Shown here piece by piece: positions 18,144-27,163 of a stretch of DNA of 64,000 bases. The DNA comes from a bacterium (GTDB lineage Bacteria > Lindowbacteria > 2-12-FULL-62-27): NCBI GenBank assembly GCA_016202645.1, contig JACQOF010000003.1:27375-91374 (forward strand), read 5' to 3'. The stretch's first letter is position 1; each line of letters begins with the position of its first letter. The notes under the pieces are model-generated. The model searched no databases, had not been told where the DNA came from, and saw only the letters and a program-made list of their open reading frames with translations. The position numbers and the translations under genes were made by a program.

Positions 18144-19673
18144 ATGCGGGTTGCAGGGGGGTTTTCGGCGCTGTGCCTCTCCATATTATATATAGGCCTT
18201 CCGGGGGCCTCGGACGCCTCCCAGTTCAGGTTGGTGAATGAGGAACTCGGGATTGTGGATCACCACATGGGGATGAGTGTGACGTGGGGCGACTACGACG
18301 GGAACGGGTACCCGGAATTCTTCATCAACGGATACCGCCGCCATCCCGAGATTCTCTACCGGAACCTTGGGCCTGACGGGTTCCGCCGCGCCGACACCGA
18401 GGCGGGGGTGTTCGGGTGGAAGGACAGAAACAGGGCGCCTGAATCGGGGTTCGGATCGGGCTGGGCCGACTACGACAACGACGGAGACTTGGATCTTCTG
18501 GTGGTCAACACGGACGGCCAGGTCAGTTTCCTGTACCGTAGTGACGGTCCGAACGAATCCGGCATGATGACGTTCAAGGACGTTGCCGCCGCTTCGGGCT
18601 TTGGCGCTCCAAGCAACGCCGTCGGCTGTGCGTGGGCCGATTACGACGGCGACGGATACTTGGACGTTTTCCTCAGCAACGGCGCGGGCCTGCCGGATCT
18701 CCTCTACCGCAATCTCGGCAACGGGACTTTTCAAAACGTTTCCAAACGTGCCGGCATCGCCGACACCGCGAGCGGCGCGGGCGTGGCCTGGGGCGACTAC
18801 GACAACGACGGCGATCTGGATCTTTTCGTGAATAATTCCTCCACCCATCCCAAATTTCTCTACCGCAACAACGGCAACGGCACGTTCACAGACGTCGCTT
18901 TCGAAGCGGGCGTTGCCCAGCCTTCCGACGGCCAGGGCTGTGCCTGGTCCGACCACGACAATGACGGCGATCTCGACCTCTACGTCTCCAACTACGGCGG
19001 GGCCCAGGATTTTTTCTACAGGAACAACGGCGACGGAATGTTCACCCAGACCGCCGAAAAGGTGGGGCTGAAAAGTTCCGCCAAAAGCCGCGGCGCCGCG
19101 TGGGGTGACATCGACAACGACGGAGATTTTGATCTTCTGGTCGGCGTCGACTGGGGCATGGCCGACATGCTCTTCGTGAATTACGACGGCGGAAAGTTCG
19201 TCGACCTCGGCGTCCCGCTCGGCATGGTCGGCGGATGGACCATCAGCACGAGTTTTGCGGACTATGATATGGATGGCCGCATGGACATTTATGTGTCGAC
19301 CCAGGTGAGTCACGTCGATTTGATCTACCACAACGAGGACACCCGGGGACTGAACTGGATCAAGGTCAATCCCCTGACGGCCGGGCCGCGGGATCTGCCG
19401 AAGGAACAGAAGACGGACCCGCCGATGCGGCTGGCGATCGGCGCGTGGGTGGAAGTGGACATGGACGGCGGCGCGGACTTCGCCAAAGGCCCCGGCCGAT
19501 ACGCCGCTCAGATCGTCGGCGCGGGCGACGGGTATGCTTCGAATGCCCTCCCGGTTCATTTCGGGGTTCGCCGCGCCAAAACGGTGGATGTGCGCGTGCG
19601 GTACCCGACGGGTCAAGTCATCACGCAAAAAAATATCCCGGTGAATCAGGTCCTGGTCGTCAAGGATCGTTAG
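18144..19673 (+). CDS. CRTAC1-like FG-GAP repeat protein with ASPIC/UnbV C-terminus
   Basis: Signal peptide, seven WxDYDNDGDLDL-type repeats, C-terminal AIGA.V...VHFG...V..P.G. Confidence 0.9.
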   Translation: MRVAGGFSALCLSILYIGLPGASDASQFRLVNEELGIVDHHMGMSVTWGDYDGNGYPEFFINGYRRHPEILYRNLGPDGFRRADTEAGVFGWKDRNRAPESGFGSGWADYDNDGDLDLLVVNTDGQVSFLYRSDGPNESGMMTFKDVAAASGFGAPSNAVGCAWADYDGDGYLDVFLSNGAGLPDLLYRNLGNGTFQNVSKRAGIADTASGAGVAWGDYDNDGDLDLFVNNSSTHPKFLYRNNGNGTFTDVAFEAGVAQPSDGQGCAWSDHDNDGDLDLYVSNYGGAQDFFYRNNGDGMFTQTAEKVGLKSSAKSRGAAWGDIDNDGDFDLLVGVDWGMADMLFVNYDGGKFVDLGVPLGMVGGWTISTSFADYDMDGRMDIYVSTQVSHVDLIYHNEDTRGLNWIKVNPLTAGPRDLPKEQKTDPPMRLAIGAWVEVDMDGGADFAKGPGRYAAQIVGAGDGYASNALPVHFGVRRAKTVDVRVRYPTGQVITQKNIPVNQVLVVKDR

Positions 19674-19676
19674 CCC

Positions 19677-20687
19677 ATGTCAACCTTCCCCACAATGCGC
19701 CTTCGCCGACTGCGTTCCTCAGCCCCGATCCGCCGGCTTGTCCGTGAGACCCGTCTTCATGCGGCGGAACTGATCTACCCGCTCTTTGTCCGGGCCGGCC
19801 GGTCCGTCCGGGAACCGATTCCGTCCATGCCCGGGCAATTTCGATATTCCCCAGATACCATCGTCCGTGAATGCGAGCGTGCTCTAAAGGCCGGCGTGCA
19901 TGCGGTCCTCCTGTTTGGTATTCCCTCCTCCAAAGATGCCTTGGGCAAATCCGGTACGGATCCGAAGGGCGTGGTGCCGCAGGCGGTCCGGGCGATCAAG
20001 CGCGCGCTTCCGGAACTGGTCGTGATCACGGATGTGTGTCTGTGCGAGTATACGGATCATGGTCATTGCGGATTGGTGAGGGAGAAAGGGAGAAAGGGAG
20101 AGAGGGAGAAAGTCAAAACCGTGGACAATGATGCGACACTCCCGCTCCTGGCGAAAATGTCGCTCGTTCATGCCGAGTCCGGCGCGGACATCATCGCGCC
20201 GTCGGACATGATGGACGGGCGGGTGGGGGCGATTCGTTCAGCCTTGGACAAACGTGGATTCGATCAGACGCCAATTCTTTCCTACGCGGCCAAATACGCA
20301 AGCGCCTTTTACGGGCCATTCCGGGACGCGGCCGGCAGTACGCCGAAATTCGGCGACCGCGCGGGATACCAGATGGACCCGCCGAATGTTCGGGAGGCGC
20401 TTCGGGAGATCGAGATGGACCTTTCGGAAGGCGCCGACGCGGTGATGGTGAAGCCCGCGCTGGCGTATCTGGACGTCATCCGCGCCGCCCGTTCCAAATT
20501 CGACGTTCCGATCGCGGCCTACAATGTCAGCGGCGAATACAGTCTCGTGAAAGCGGCCGCCGTGAAGGGGTGGATCGACGAGCGCCGGGCGGCGCTGGAA
20601 ATTCTGACCGCCATCAAGCGCGCCGGGGCGGATTTGATCCTGACCTATTGGGCCATCGACGCCGCCCGCTGGATCGCCTCGGATTGA
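19677..20687 (+). CDS. hemB: porphobilinogen synthase (ALA dehydratase)
   Basis: DVCLCEYTDHGHCG, APSDMMDGR, FYGPFRDA, MVKP and YNVSGEY. Confidence 0.98.
   Translation: MSTFPTMRLRRLRSSAPIRRLVRETRLHAAELIYPLFVRAGRSVREPIPSMPGQFRYSPDTIVRECERALKAGVHAVLLFGIPSSKDALGKSGTDPKGVVPQAVRAIKRALPELVVITDVCLCEYTDHGHCGLVREKGRKGEREKVKTVDNDATLPLLAKMSLVHAESGADIIAPSDMMDGRVGAIRSALDKRGFDQTPILSYAAKYASAFYGPFRDAAGSTPKFGDRAGYQMDPPNVREALREIEMDLSEGADAVMVKPALAYLDVIRAARSKFDVPIAAYNVSGEYSLVKAAAVKGWIDERRAALEILTAIKRAGADLILTYWAIDAARWIASD
20080..20111 (+). repeat. 8-bp tandem repeat (GGGAGAAA)x4 inside hemB
   Basis: GGGAGAAA GGGAGAAA GGGAGAGA GGGAGAAA read directly. Confidence 0.9.
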
Positions 20688-20732
20688 CTCCCGCCGATTC
20701 GTTATAGATAATTTCCGTTGAGGTGATGAGAC

Positions 20733-20987
20733 ATGCCGATCTATGAATTCAACTGTCCGTCCTGCCGGAAACCGTTCCAGAAACTGCTGCCCAGCATGTC
20801 CTGGAAGGGCGTTGTCTGCCCGGCCTGCGGCAGTGACAAAGTCGAGAAGAAGCTTTCGCGGTTCGCGGTTGTCGGCGGAGAAGACTCGGGGGACTCTGAT
20901 TTCGGAAGCGGCGATTCCGACGCCGACGGGGACGCGGCCTGTTCCGGAGATCCGTCGGACTGTTCGCGCTGTGATCTTGACGATTAA
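20733..20987 (+). CDS. FmdB-family zinc-ribbon protein
   Basis: MPIYEFNCPSC...CPACGS; SD GAGGTG upstream. Confidence 0.88.
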   Translation: MPIYEFNCPSCRKPFQKLLPSMSWKGVVCPACGSDKVEKKLSRFAVVGGEDSGDSDFGSGDSDADGDAACSGDPSDCSRCDLDD

Positions 20988-21008
20988 TCACCAGGGAAGG
21001 GGGACCGA

Positions 21009-21227
21009 ATGGCCGTCATAGACGATCTGAACAGTTCCGACGATTACATGCGCAGTACGGCGGCTTCCTACCGCTGCGAGGAATGCGGCTACAAGTGGAA
21101 GGTCAAGGAATCGGGGATGGATGATGAGGCAGACGAGTTGAGCGACACGGTCTCCTACGACGCCAACGACGACGTCGAGCCTTCCAGCTGTCCCCTGTGC
21201 GGCTGTTCGGACATTTTGACGCTCTGA
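21009..21227 (+). CDS. small acidic zinc-ribbon protein
   Basis: YRCEECG...CPLCG; AAGGGGG SD upstream. Confidence 0.7.
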   Translation: MAVIDDLNSSDDYMRSTAASYRCEECGYKWKVKESGMDDEADELSDTVSYDANDDVEPSSCPLCGCSDILTL

Positions 21228-21273
21228 TCCCGCCCTTGACCGCCGCGCGCCGCGTGCCTCCCGCCAACTAACC

Positions 21274-22407
21274 ATGCGCAACGTCTACATCCGCGGCGTC
21301 GGGATGACGAAATTCGGCCCGACACAGTCCCGGCTGGAGGAAATGATGTACGAAGCCGCAGTGCAGGCGATGTCGGACGCCGCCGTGGAGGACGTCGACG
21401 CGGTCGTGGTCGGCGCCATGAGCCCGGAGTCCTTCACGGGTGAAAGCAATATTTCCGCCTTCATCACCGATTACCTGGGCCTTGTTCCCAAGCCGACCAT
21501 CCGCATCGAAACGGCCTCCTCGACCGGCGCCGCGATTTTCGACGGCGCGTTTTTTGCGCTCGCCAGCGGATTCTTCCGGAACATCCTGGTTCTCGCCGGC
21601 GAGAAGATGACGACCCTCGGCACGGCCGCCGCCACCCGGATCCTTTCCGAAGTCCTGTCCCCCCAGGAACGCCGCCAGGGCGGGACGATGCCGGCGCTTG
21701 CGGCGCTGGTTTGCCGGGCCTACATGCACGCCAGCGGCTGTCCGCGCGAGGCGTTAACGTATGTCGCGGTCAAAAATCACCGGAACGCCGTTAAAAATCC
21801 CTACGCCCATTTCCAGTTCCCGGTCGACGCCGCCCGGGTCGAGACAAGCAAAGTCATCGCCGACCCCCTGCGGCTCTATGACTGCAGTCCCATGTCGGAC
21901 GGCGCCGCCGCGATGGTGATGACCACCGACAAAACGCCGATCCGCGTGGCCGGCATCGGCCACGGCACGGATTATGTTTCTCTGGCCCAGCGGGAGAGCC
22001 TGACCAGTTTTTCCTCCACGCGGGTCGCGGCCCAGAAGGCTTTCAAACTGGCCGAGATCAAGCCCTCGAAAATCGACATCGCCGAAATCCACGACGCTTT
22101 CACGCCTTTCGAACTGATCGGCTGCGAAGACGTCGGGTTTTTCGATCCGGGAACCAGCTGGAAAGAAATTCTGAAGGGTGAAACCGCCCTTGACGGACCT
22201 CTGCCCGTGAATCCGTCCGGCGGCCTCAAGGCCCGCGGCCATCCGGTCGGGGCTTCCGGCCTGGCGCAGATCATTGAAATCGTGTGGCAGCTGCGCGGCC
22301 ATGCCGGCGCGCGCCAAGTCGGGAAACCTTTGAGGTACGGCCTCACGCAGAGCGTCGGCGGCATGGCGACCAGCAACATCGTGACCATTCTGGAGAAAAC
22401 CGGATGA
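21274..22407 (+). CDS. thiolase-fold protein (SCP2/Ltp2-like) lacking the catalytic Cys
   Basis: GVGMTKFG, AGEKM, KNHRNA..NPYAH, SDGAAA, EIHDAF and GHPVGASG; ETASSTG in place of the usual CxS motif. Confidence 0.88.
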   Translation: MRNVYIRGVGMTKFGPTQSRLEEMMYEAAVQAMSDAAVEDVDAVVVGAMSPESFTGESNISAFITDYLGLVPKPTIRIETASSTGAAIFDGAFFALASGFFRNILVLAGEKMTTLGTAAATRILSEVLSPQERRQGGTMPALAALVCRAYMHASGCPREALTYVAVKNHRNAVKNPYAHFQFPVDAARVETSKVIADPLRLYDCSPMSDGAAAMVMTTDKTPIRVAGIGHGTDYVSLAQRESLTSFSSTRVAAQKAFKLAEIKPSKIDIAEIHDAFTPFELIGCEDVGFFDPGTSWKEILKGETALDGPLPVNPSGGLKARGHPVGASGLAQIIEIVWQLRGHAGARQVGKPLRYGLTQSVGGMATSNIVTILEKTG

Positions 22408-22778
22408 GTCCCGAACTGACCCCGGGTCCGGGCGCGGGCGGCTCCCTCGAAACGCGCCTTGAGGCTTCCATCTGCGGAAAATGCCACAAGCAATATGTCC
22501 CGGTCCGGGCCTACTGCTCGGCCTGCCGTGGCCGGACGGAGCGGATCTACGTGGAGGGCCGCGGAAAACTGAAAACCTTCACCACGCTTTTCGTCACGCC
22601 CGACGGATTCACGCCACCGCTCGTGCTGGGCATTTGTGAGCTGGACAGCGGCACGCGAGTCCTCGGGGAGATCCTGGATTACCGCCTGAAGGAAAGTCTC
22701 GAGATCGACGAAGGGGTGATCGTGTCGGAAAAAGACGGCAAGTATCTCTTCCGCTTGGAGCGGGGTCTTTCCGCGTGA
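22404..22778 (+). CDS. DUF35 Zn-ribbon/OB-fold protein
   Basis: CGKC...P.R.YCSAC...G.GKL.TFT; ATGA overlap with the thiolase stop. Confidence 0.88.
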   Translation: MSPELTPGPGAGGSLETRLEASICGKCHKQYVPVRAYCSACRGRTERIYVEGRGKLKTFTTLFVTPDGFTPPLVLGICELDSGTRVLGEILDYRLKESLEIDEGVIVSEKDGKYLFRLERGLSA

Positions 22779-23188
22779 CGTTCCGGGCAGGCCTTGCCGC
22801 GCTGATGATGTTCGCCGTTGCCTGCGGCCCGGCCGTGGAAACGCCGGAGCCGCGCGAGCTGGTTCTGCACGCGCGCACCGTGGACGGCCTGAAGATCGGC
22901 GCGCCGGTGTATCGGATCGTCAGTCAAGGAGACGATGCGCCTGTGGAAATCGGCCAAGTTGTTCGGCTCAGTTCCCGGCTCGATCAGGTCGAAGTGACAA
23001 TTCGAATCGTGTCTCCCATACAGGTGTTCCGGGCGACCCGATTTGAACTCGCGCGGGATGAGGATTCCCGCCGCATCGTCCTCCTGCGTGAAACGGACCC
23101 GCCCGGACTTCCCGTCAACGCCGGTGAAAAAATCCCGCTCGAAGTCCCGCCGGAAACCTTGGAGGACCGTCTTTGGGTCGCGCGCTGA
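22775..23188 (+). CDS. MlaD/MCE-like domain protein, possible lipoprotein
   Basis: Signal ending FAVAC; VDGLKIGAPV...EIGQV resembles the MCE motif. Confidence 0.55.
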   Translation: MTFRAGLAALMMFAVACGPAVETPEPRELVLHARTVDGLKIGAPVYRIVSQGDDAPVEIGQVVRLSSRLDQVEVTIRIVSPIQVFRATRFELARDEDSRRIVLLRETDPPGLPVNAGEKIPLEVPPETLEDRLWVAR

Positions 23189-26019
23189 CGATCCTCGCCG
23201 CCGGCGCGGTTTCTCTCATCCTGTTTGTATTTCCAGCGTCCGGGGTTTCATCCCCCGGCGACGCCGCCCGCCCGCTTTCCCGGCTGGTCCGCGAGCTGAT
23301 CGCGGCGCCGGATTCTCCGGTTCTGCATTTTGAGCTGGGGGAAGCATATTTCCGCGGCGGCGTTCTACCCCAGGCGGAAAAAGAATATCTGGCGGCTCTG
23401 CGGCTCGGTGGCGCATCTCTCGGACCTGGTCCGCTGAAATCCTATCTCCGCGCCGTGCGGTCCCAGAGGTCGTTGTCCGCCGAGGAGGCCCGCCTGATGG
23501 ACCTGCACCGGATGACCCCGCAAGATCCGGAGGCCGCGCTCTGGCTGATCGACGTGCATTTGGAAAAAGGCGATGCCGCCGCCGCGCGGGCGCTGCTCAA
23601 CGCTTTTCCCCAGTTCCGCCGCAACGAGGACATTCTCTCCAAATGGGTTGGTGTTTCGGGCGCAAGGCCTCCGCCCGGCGCGTCCGACCAGCCGGCCATC
23701 GATGAGCGCTTCACGGACCTGACAACCCTTCTTCAAGTGGGCAGTCCGGCCCATCAGACCGGAGCGGCCCGGCAGATCATGGGTCTTGCGGCGACGAGCG
23801 CGCCGGCGGTCCTTGCCCCGGCGCACCGCCGCGCTGTGCAGACATCCTTCGACATTCTCAAAACCGTCCTGGCCGAGACCGAGCAGTATCAACTTCACCA
23901 GGATTATCTGGATGTCCTCGAACTCTGGAAGTCCTCCTCGCAAGCTCTTGATGTCATGTCGGTCATGCGCCGGAAATTTCCGGCGCTCGCGTCCGATCCG
24001 GAATTTCTATATCGGCTGGCCCGGATGCAATCCGCGGCCGGCAAGCCCGTTGATGCGCTGACTTCCGTTCAGGAATCTTTCCGGCGCGGCCTCGATCTCG
24101 CGACGGCGCGTCTGTTTCTGGCTGATCTTTTGGACCGGAAGGGATCCGTCGCCGAAGCCATTGAAGAATACGTGAAATCTCTGGAGGGATTGATGCCGGC
24201 CCCCGACCGCATCCACGCAATGACCCGGATCGAAAAATGGCTTCCATCCGCCGCGGCGGCTTCCGTGACTCTCCTTGAACGGATCGCCCGCGTGATGCCG
24301 CAATCGGTCTCGGCGCAAGTTCTGCTGGCATCGCGGCTGGAGTCCTCCGGCAAAATCGAGGAATCTTACGGCCTGTATCTGGCGGCATTCAAGCTCGACC
24401 CGCAATCTCCGACCGTCCTGGCCGGTCTGGCGCGGACGCTGATTCGGATGGAACGGTGGTACGAGGCGGATGAGACTCTTCGGAAAATGGGCGCGGACCC
24501 GATTCTCGCTCTCTGGGGCCGCGCGCCCGTCTACGTCGTCGGCAGGCGGCTTTTCGAACTCGGAGAAACCGCGACGGTCCGTCGAACCATCGACGCCGCC
24601 CAGGCGGGAAGGGGATCTCCCGGAGGAGAAATGACCGCAGATCAGATTGCGCTGGCCGCGGACCTGGCTTTGTCGGACCGCCGGATGTCCGATGTGATCC
24701 GGCTGTATTTGCGATTGAAGCGGTTCCGGCCGCTCCATCAGGAGGAAACTCACAAACTCATTTTCGCACAGCGGAAATTTTCCGCTTCTCTTAAAAAGGA
24801 GGACCGCATTCCGGAGGAAGTCCCTCCCGTGCCCGCGCCTCCGCCGGGCGCCGTCGAAGAACAGCTGTCATGGATCCGGGCGAATATTGCTTCCGGCGAT
24901 TTTTCATCCGCCGCGCGAATGTTGGAAATCCTGGAATCCGTTCTGTCCGCCGGCCCCGGCCCGGTCGTTCCGGAGGCGAATTCGCTCCTGGGCCGGATAG
25001 AACTGGCTCTGGGCAACAAATCCGCCGCGCGGGCCGCCTTCGGCCGCGCTCTCGCCCAAAATCCGCGGGATGCGGCGGCCGCGCTTGGTCTTGCCGGATT
25101 GCTCCGGGACGAAAAGGATCCCGCCGGCGCCGTTCAGATCCTGTCGGATCTCGAACCGAAACCTTCAAACGTCATGCGAGCGCTCTCAGACCTGTATGCG
25201 TCGCTTGGCCAGTGGGGGATGGCGGCGGCCTGGCAGGAAAAATCGGCCGGCGACCGTTCCGACAAGATCCGTGCGGCGTGGTACTGGTTCCGGGCGGGCC
25301 AGTACGAGGAAGCATCCCGGTTTGTCCCGCCGGGCGGTCTCTTTGAGGCCGTTCTCGAAGCGGAATCCGGACGGCCGGAAAAACTGGAGCGGCGAAGCGA
25401 AACCCTTCTGAAAAAAATCGTGGGAGAGCCTCTTCGTCCGGAAGGCGGTAAGGACCGCCCGATGGACCGCTGGACTCGCTCAGTTCTTGACGCCGCGAGA
25501 TCGCGTCTGGAATCCGGGGACCTGGAGGCCGCGGTGGGACTCTGCGATTCCATTCTACGCCGAATTGCGCACCCGGAGGGATTGTATCTCAAGGCAGTCG
25601 CGTTCCTGCGTCTTGGATTTTATGACGAAGCCGAGATCGCGCTCGATCGGGTGACGGCGGACACCGCATGGAGTGTGTCGGCGCATCTCCGGCTTGGCCA
25701 GCTGGAACTCATCCGCGGCCGGCCGGCCGAGGCGCTCCGGCATCTGGACCGCGCGGGTCCCGGCACGGACCCGGGCGAACTCATCCTGGCCTGGGGGATG
25801 GCCCTCGCGCGGACGAAATCTCCCGAGCAGGGGGAACAAATACTCCGGCAGGCCGCCCGCCGGGGCGACCGCGGAAAATTTTTCCTCGCGCGTTTTCTGG
25901 AGGAACAGGGCCGCTCACAGGAATCCCGGGACCTCTACGCCGCAATCGTTACCCCGCCCTACCGGGATTTCTCCCGGGAGCGCCGGGAAAAACTTGACAA
26001 GCCTCCGGGGCTTCGTTAG
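23173..26019 (+). CDS. large tetratricopeptide-repeat protein
   Basis: Signal-like N-terminus and many TPR-like helices (e.g. LHFELGEAYFRGG..AEKEY, AFGRALAQNPRDAAA). Confidence 0.8.
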   Translation: MGRALTILAAGAVSLILFVFPASGVSSPGDAARPLSRLVRELIAAPDSPVLHFELGEAYFRGGVLPQAEKEYLAALRLGGASLGPGPLKSYLRAVRSQRSLSAEEARLMDLHRMTPQDPEAALWLIDVHLEKGDAAAARALLNAFPQFRRNEDILSKWVGVSGARPPPGASDQPAIDERFTDLTTLLQVGSPAHQTGAARQIMGLAATSAPAVLAPAHRRAVQTSFDILKTVLAETEQYQLHQDYLDVLELWKSSSQALDVMSVMRRKFPALASDPEFLYRLARMQSAAGKPVDALTSVQESFRRGLDLATARLFLADLLDRKGSVAEAIEEYVKSLEGLMPAPDRIHAMTRIEKWLPSAAAASVTLLERIARVMPQSVSAQVLLASRLESSGKIEESYGLYLAAFKLDPQSPTVLAGLARTLIRMERWYEADETLRKMGADPILALWGRAPVYVVGRRLFELGETATVRRTIDAAQAGRGSPGGEMTADQIALAADLALSDRRMSDVIRLYLRLKRFRPLHQEETHKLIFAQRKFSASLKKEDRIPEEVPPVPAPPPGAVEEQLSWIRANIASGDFSSAARMLEILESVLSAGPGPVVPEANSLLGRIELALGNKSAARAAFGRALAQNPRDAAAALGLAGLLRDEKDPAGAVQILSDLEPKPSNVMRALSDLYASLGQWGMAAAWQEKSAGDRSDKIRAAWYWFRAGQYEEASRFVPPGGLFEAVLEAESGRPEKLERRSETLLKKIVGEPLRPEGGKDRPMDRWTRSVLDAARSRLESGDLEAAVGLCDSILRRIAHPEGLYLKAVAFLRLGFYDEAEIALDRVTADTAWSVSAHLRLGQLELIRGRPAEALRHLDRAGPGTDPGELILAWGMALARTKSPEQGEQILRQAARRGDRGKFFLARFLEEQGRSQESRDLYAAIVTPPYRDFSRERREKLDKPPGLR

Positions 26020-26022
26020 AAT
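25994..26022 (+). promoter_or_regulatory. sigma70-like promoter
   Basis: TTGACA-N17-TAGAAT, 8 nt before the ATG at 26031. Confidence 0.7.
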
Positions 26023-26030
26023 GCCCGCGC

Positions 26031-27023
26031 ATGGTGAGTAATGTTCGTGCTGGACCTATGTCGAGGCTCCTGACCGGGATCATTCCGATTCTGTTTTTCA
26101 GCGGATCAGCCTATGCGGAAATGTTCGTGGCCGATTTCAACGGCGACGGCAAACCCGACGTCATCATGACGTCGGCCGCCTCTCCGGAAGGTTTCGTTGT
26201 GTTGCTCAATCAGGGCGAATGGGACGGTAAAGTGACGTTCCGCAAGACCTGGCCTGAGGTGAAATCCTCCGACGCCAGCCCGGCCTTTTCCGGCCACATG
26301 CCTGCTCCCGCCGCCATGCCAACCGCTTCATGGCCGTCGGCCTCGACGCCGACTTCCGCGCCGGCTTGGACTCCGCCGCCCGCGCCGACTTCCGCGCCGG
26401 CCTGGACGCCGCCGCCCGCGCCGACTTCCGCGCCGGCTTGGACTCCGCCGCCGGCGGCGCCGCCACCCGCCAAGCCGTCCATCGCGCCGCCTCCGTCGCC
26501 GACATTGGCCGGCTCGTCGCCGAAGCTGAAGTCCCCCGGCCTGATGTCCCGATCCGGTTCGGCCTCAAAAGCCGAGTGGACGCCTCCGGCCCAGACTCCG
26601 CCGGCCACTCCGGCCGCTACGGCCGCTCCGCCTGCTTCAAACTGGGTTCCCGGCGGGCGCCGGGTGGCACTGTTCAATTACAAGGACAAGACCGCCGGCG
26701 GGCAATTTGCGTGGCTGGAGCGCGGCATCGCGAACATTCTAAAATTCGACGTCATTGAAGTCAAAAGTATTCAGCTCGTCGACCGGGAACAGACCGACGT
26801 CACGTTCGATCCGGCCTGGTACCGGGACCGGGGCCTGACCGCCGATCTTATCATCACGGGCGAATTCAGCGAGGCCGGGCCTCAGCTCAAAGTCACCACT
26901 TGGTTTCTTTCCCCGACGATGGCGTCGGTCGGCCAATTCGAGATCGAGGGCGACCGCGCCGATATTTTTTCGTTGATCGAAAAAGTCGGGTTGCGGCTCA
27001 AGCAGGAATTATCCTCCCTCTAA
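26031..27023 (+). CDS. exported protein: single FG-GAP motif, Pro-rich linker, CsgG/TolB_N-like C-terminal domain
   Basis: ADFNGDGKPDV, PTSAPAWTPPPA repeats, RVALFNY...WL..GIA..L...LVDR...ADLIITG.F. Confidence 0.7.
   Translation: MVSNVRAGPMSRLLTGIIPILFFSGSAYAEMFVADFNGDGKPDVIMTSAASPEGFVVLLNQGEWDGKVTFRKTWPEVKSSDASPAFSGHMPAPAAMPTASWPSASTPTSAPAWTPPPAPTSAPAWTPPPAPTSAPAWTPPPAAPPPAKPSIAPPPSPTLAGSSPKLKSPGLMSRSGSASKAEWTPPAQTPPATPAATAAPPASNWVPGGRRVALFNYKDKTAGGQFAWLERGIANILKFDVIEVKSIQLVDREQTDVTFDPAWYRDRGLTADLIITGEFSEAGPQLKVTTWFLSPTMASVGQFEIEGDRADIFSLIEKVGLRLKQELSSL
26348..26455 (+). repeat. 36-bp in-frame tandem repeat x3
   Basis: Unit GCCGACTTCCGCGCCGGCTTGGACTCCGCCGCCCGC with minor variants; encodes PTSAPAWTPPPA. 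Confidence 0.92.
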
Positions 27024-27048
27024 GTCAGTGTTGCCATACAGCCTTCTT

Positions 27049-27120
27049 CGTCATTCCCGCGAAAGCGGGAATCCAGTCTTTTGCCGATGGGTCTGGATGC
27101 CCGCATTCGCGGGCATGACG
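27049..27120. repeat. REP-like dimer (CGTC-type; core matches ATTCCC-N8-GGGAAT)
   Basis: CGTCATTCCCGCGAAAGCGGGAATCCAG followed by an inverted variant CTGGATGCCCGCATTCGCGGGCATGACG. Confidence 0.85.
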
Positions 27121-27163
27121 GCCTGAACAGCTGCAAGTCTCCGATACAGCCGGAAATCCTGTT

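Noticed and set aside
18186..19628. 480-aa antisense ORF with repeating VAVVVVV pattern
   Set aside because: Mirror of the DYDNDGD repeats of the FG-GAP gene.
19677..20687. hemB as part of the chelatase system
   Set aside because: Opposite strand, separated by unrelated genes, and no other tetrapyrrole synthesis genes nearby.
26348..26455. 36-bp repeats as a possible CRISPR array
   Set aside because: Head-to-tail with no spacers, in frame within a CDS, and no cas genes.
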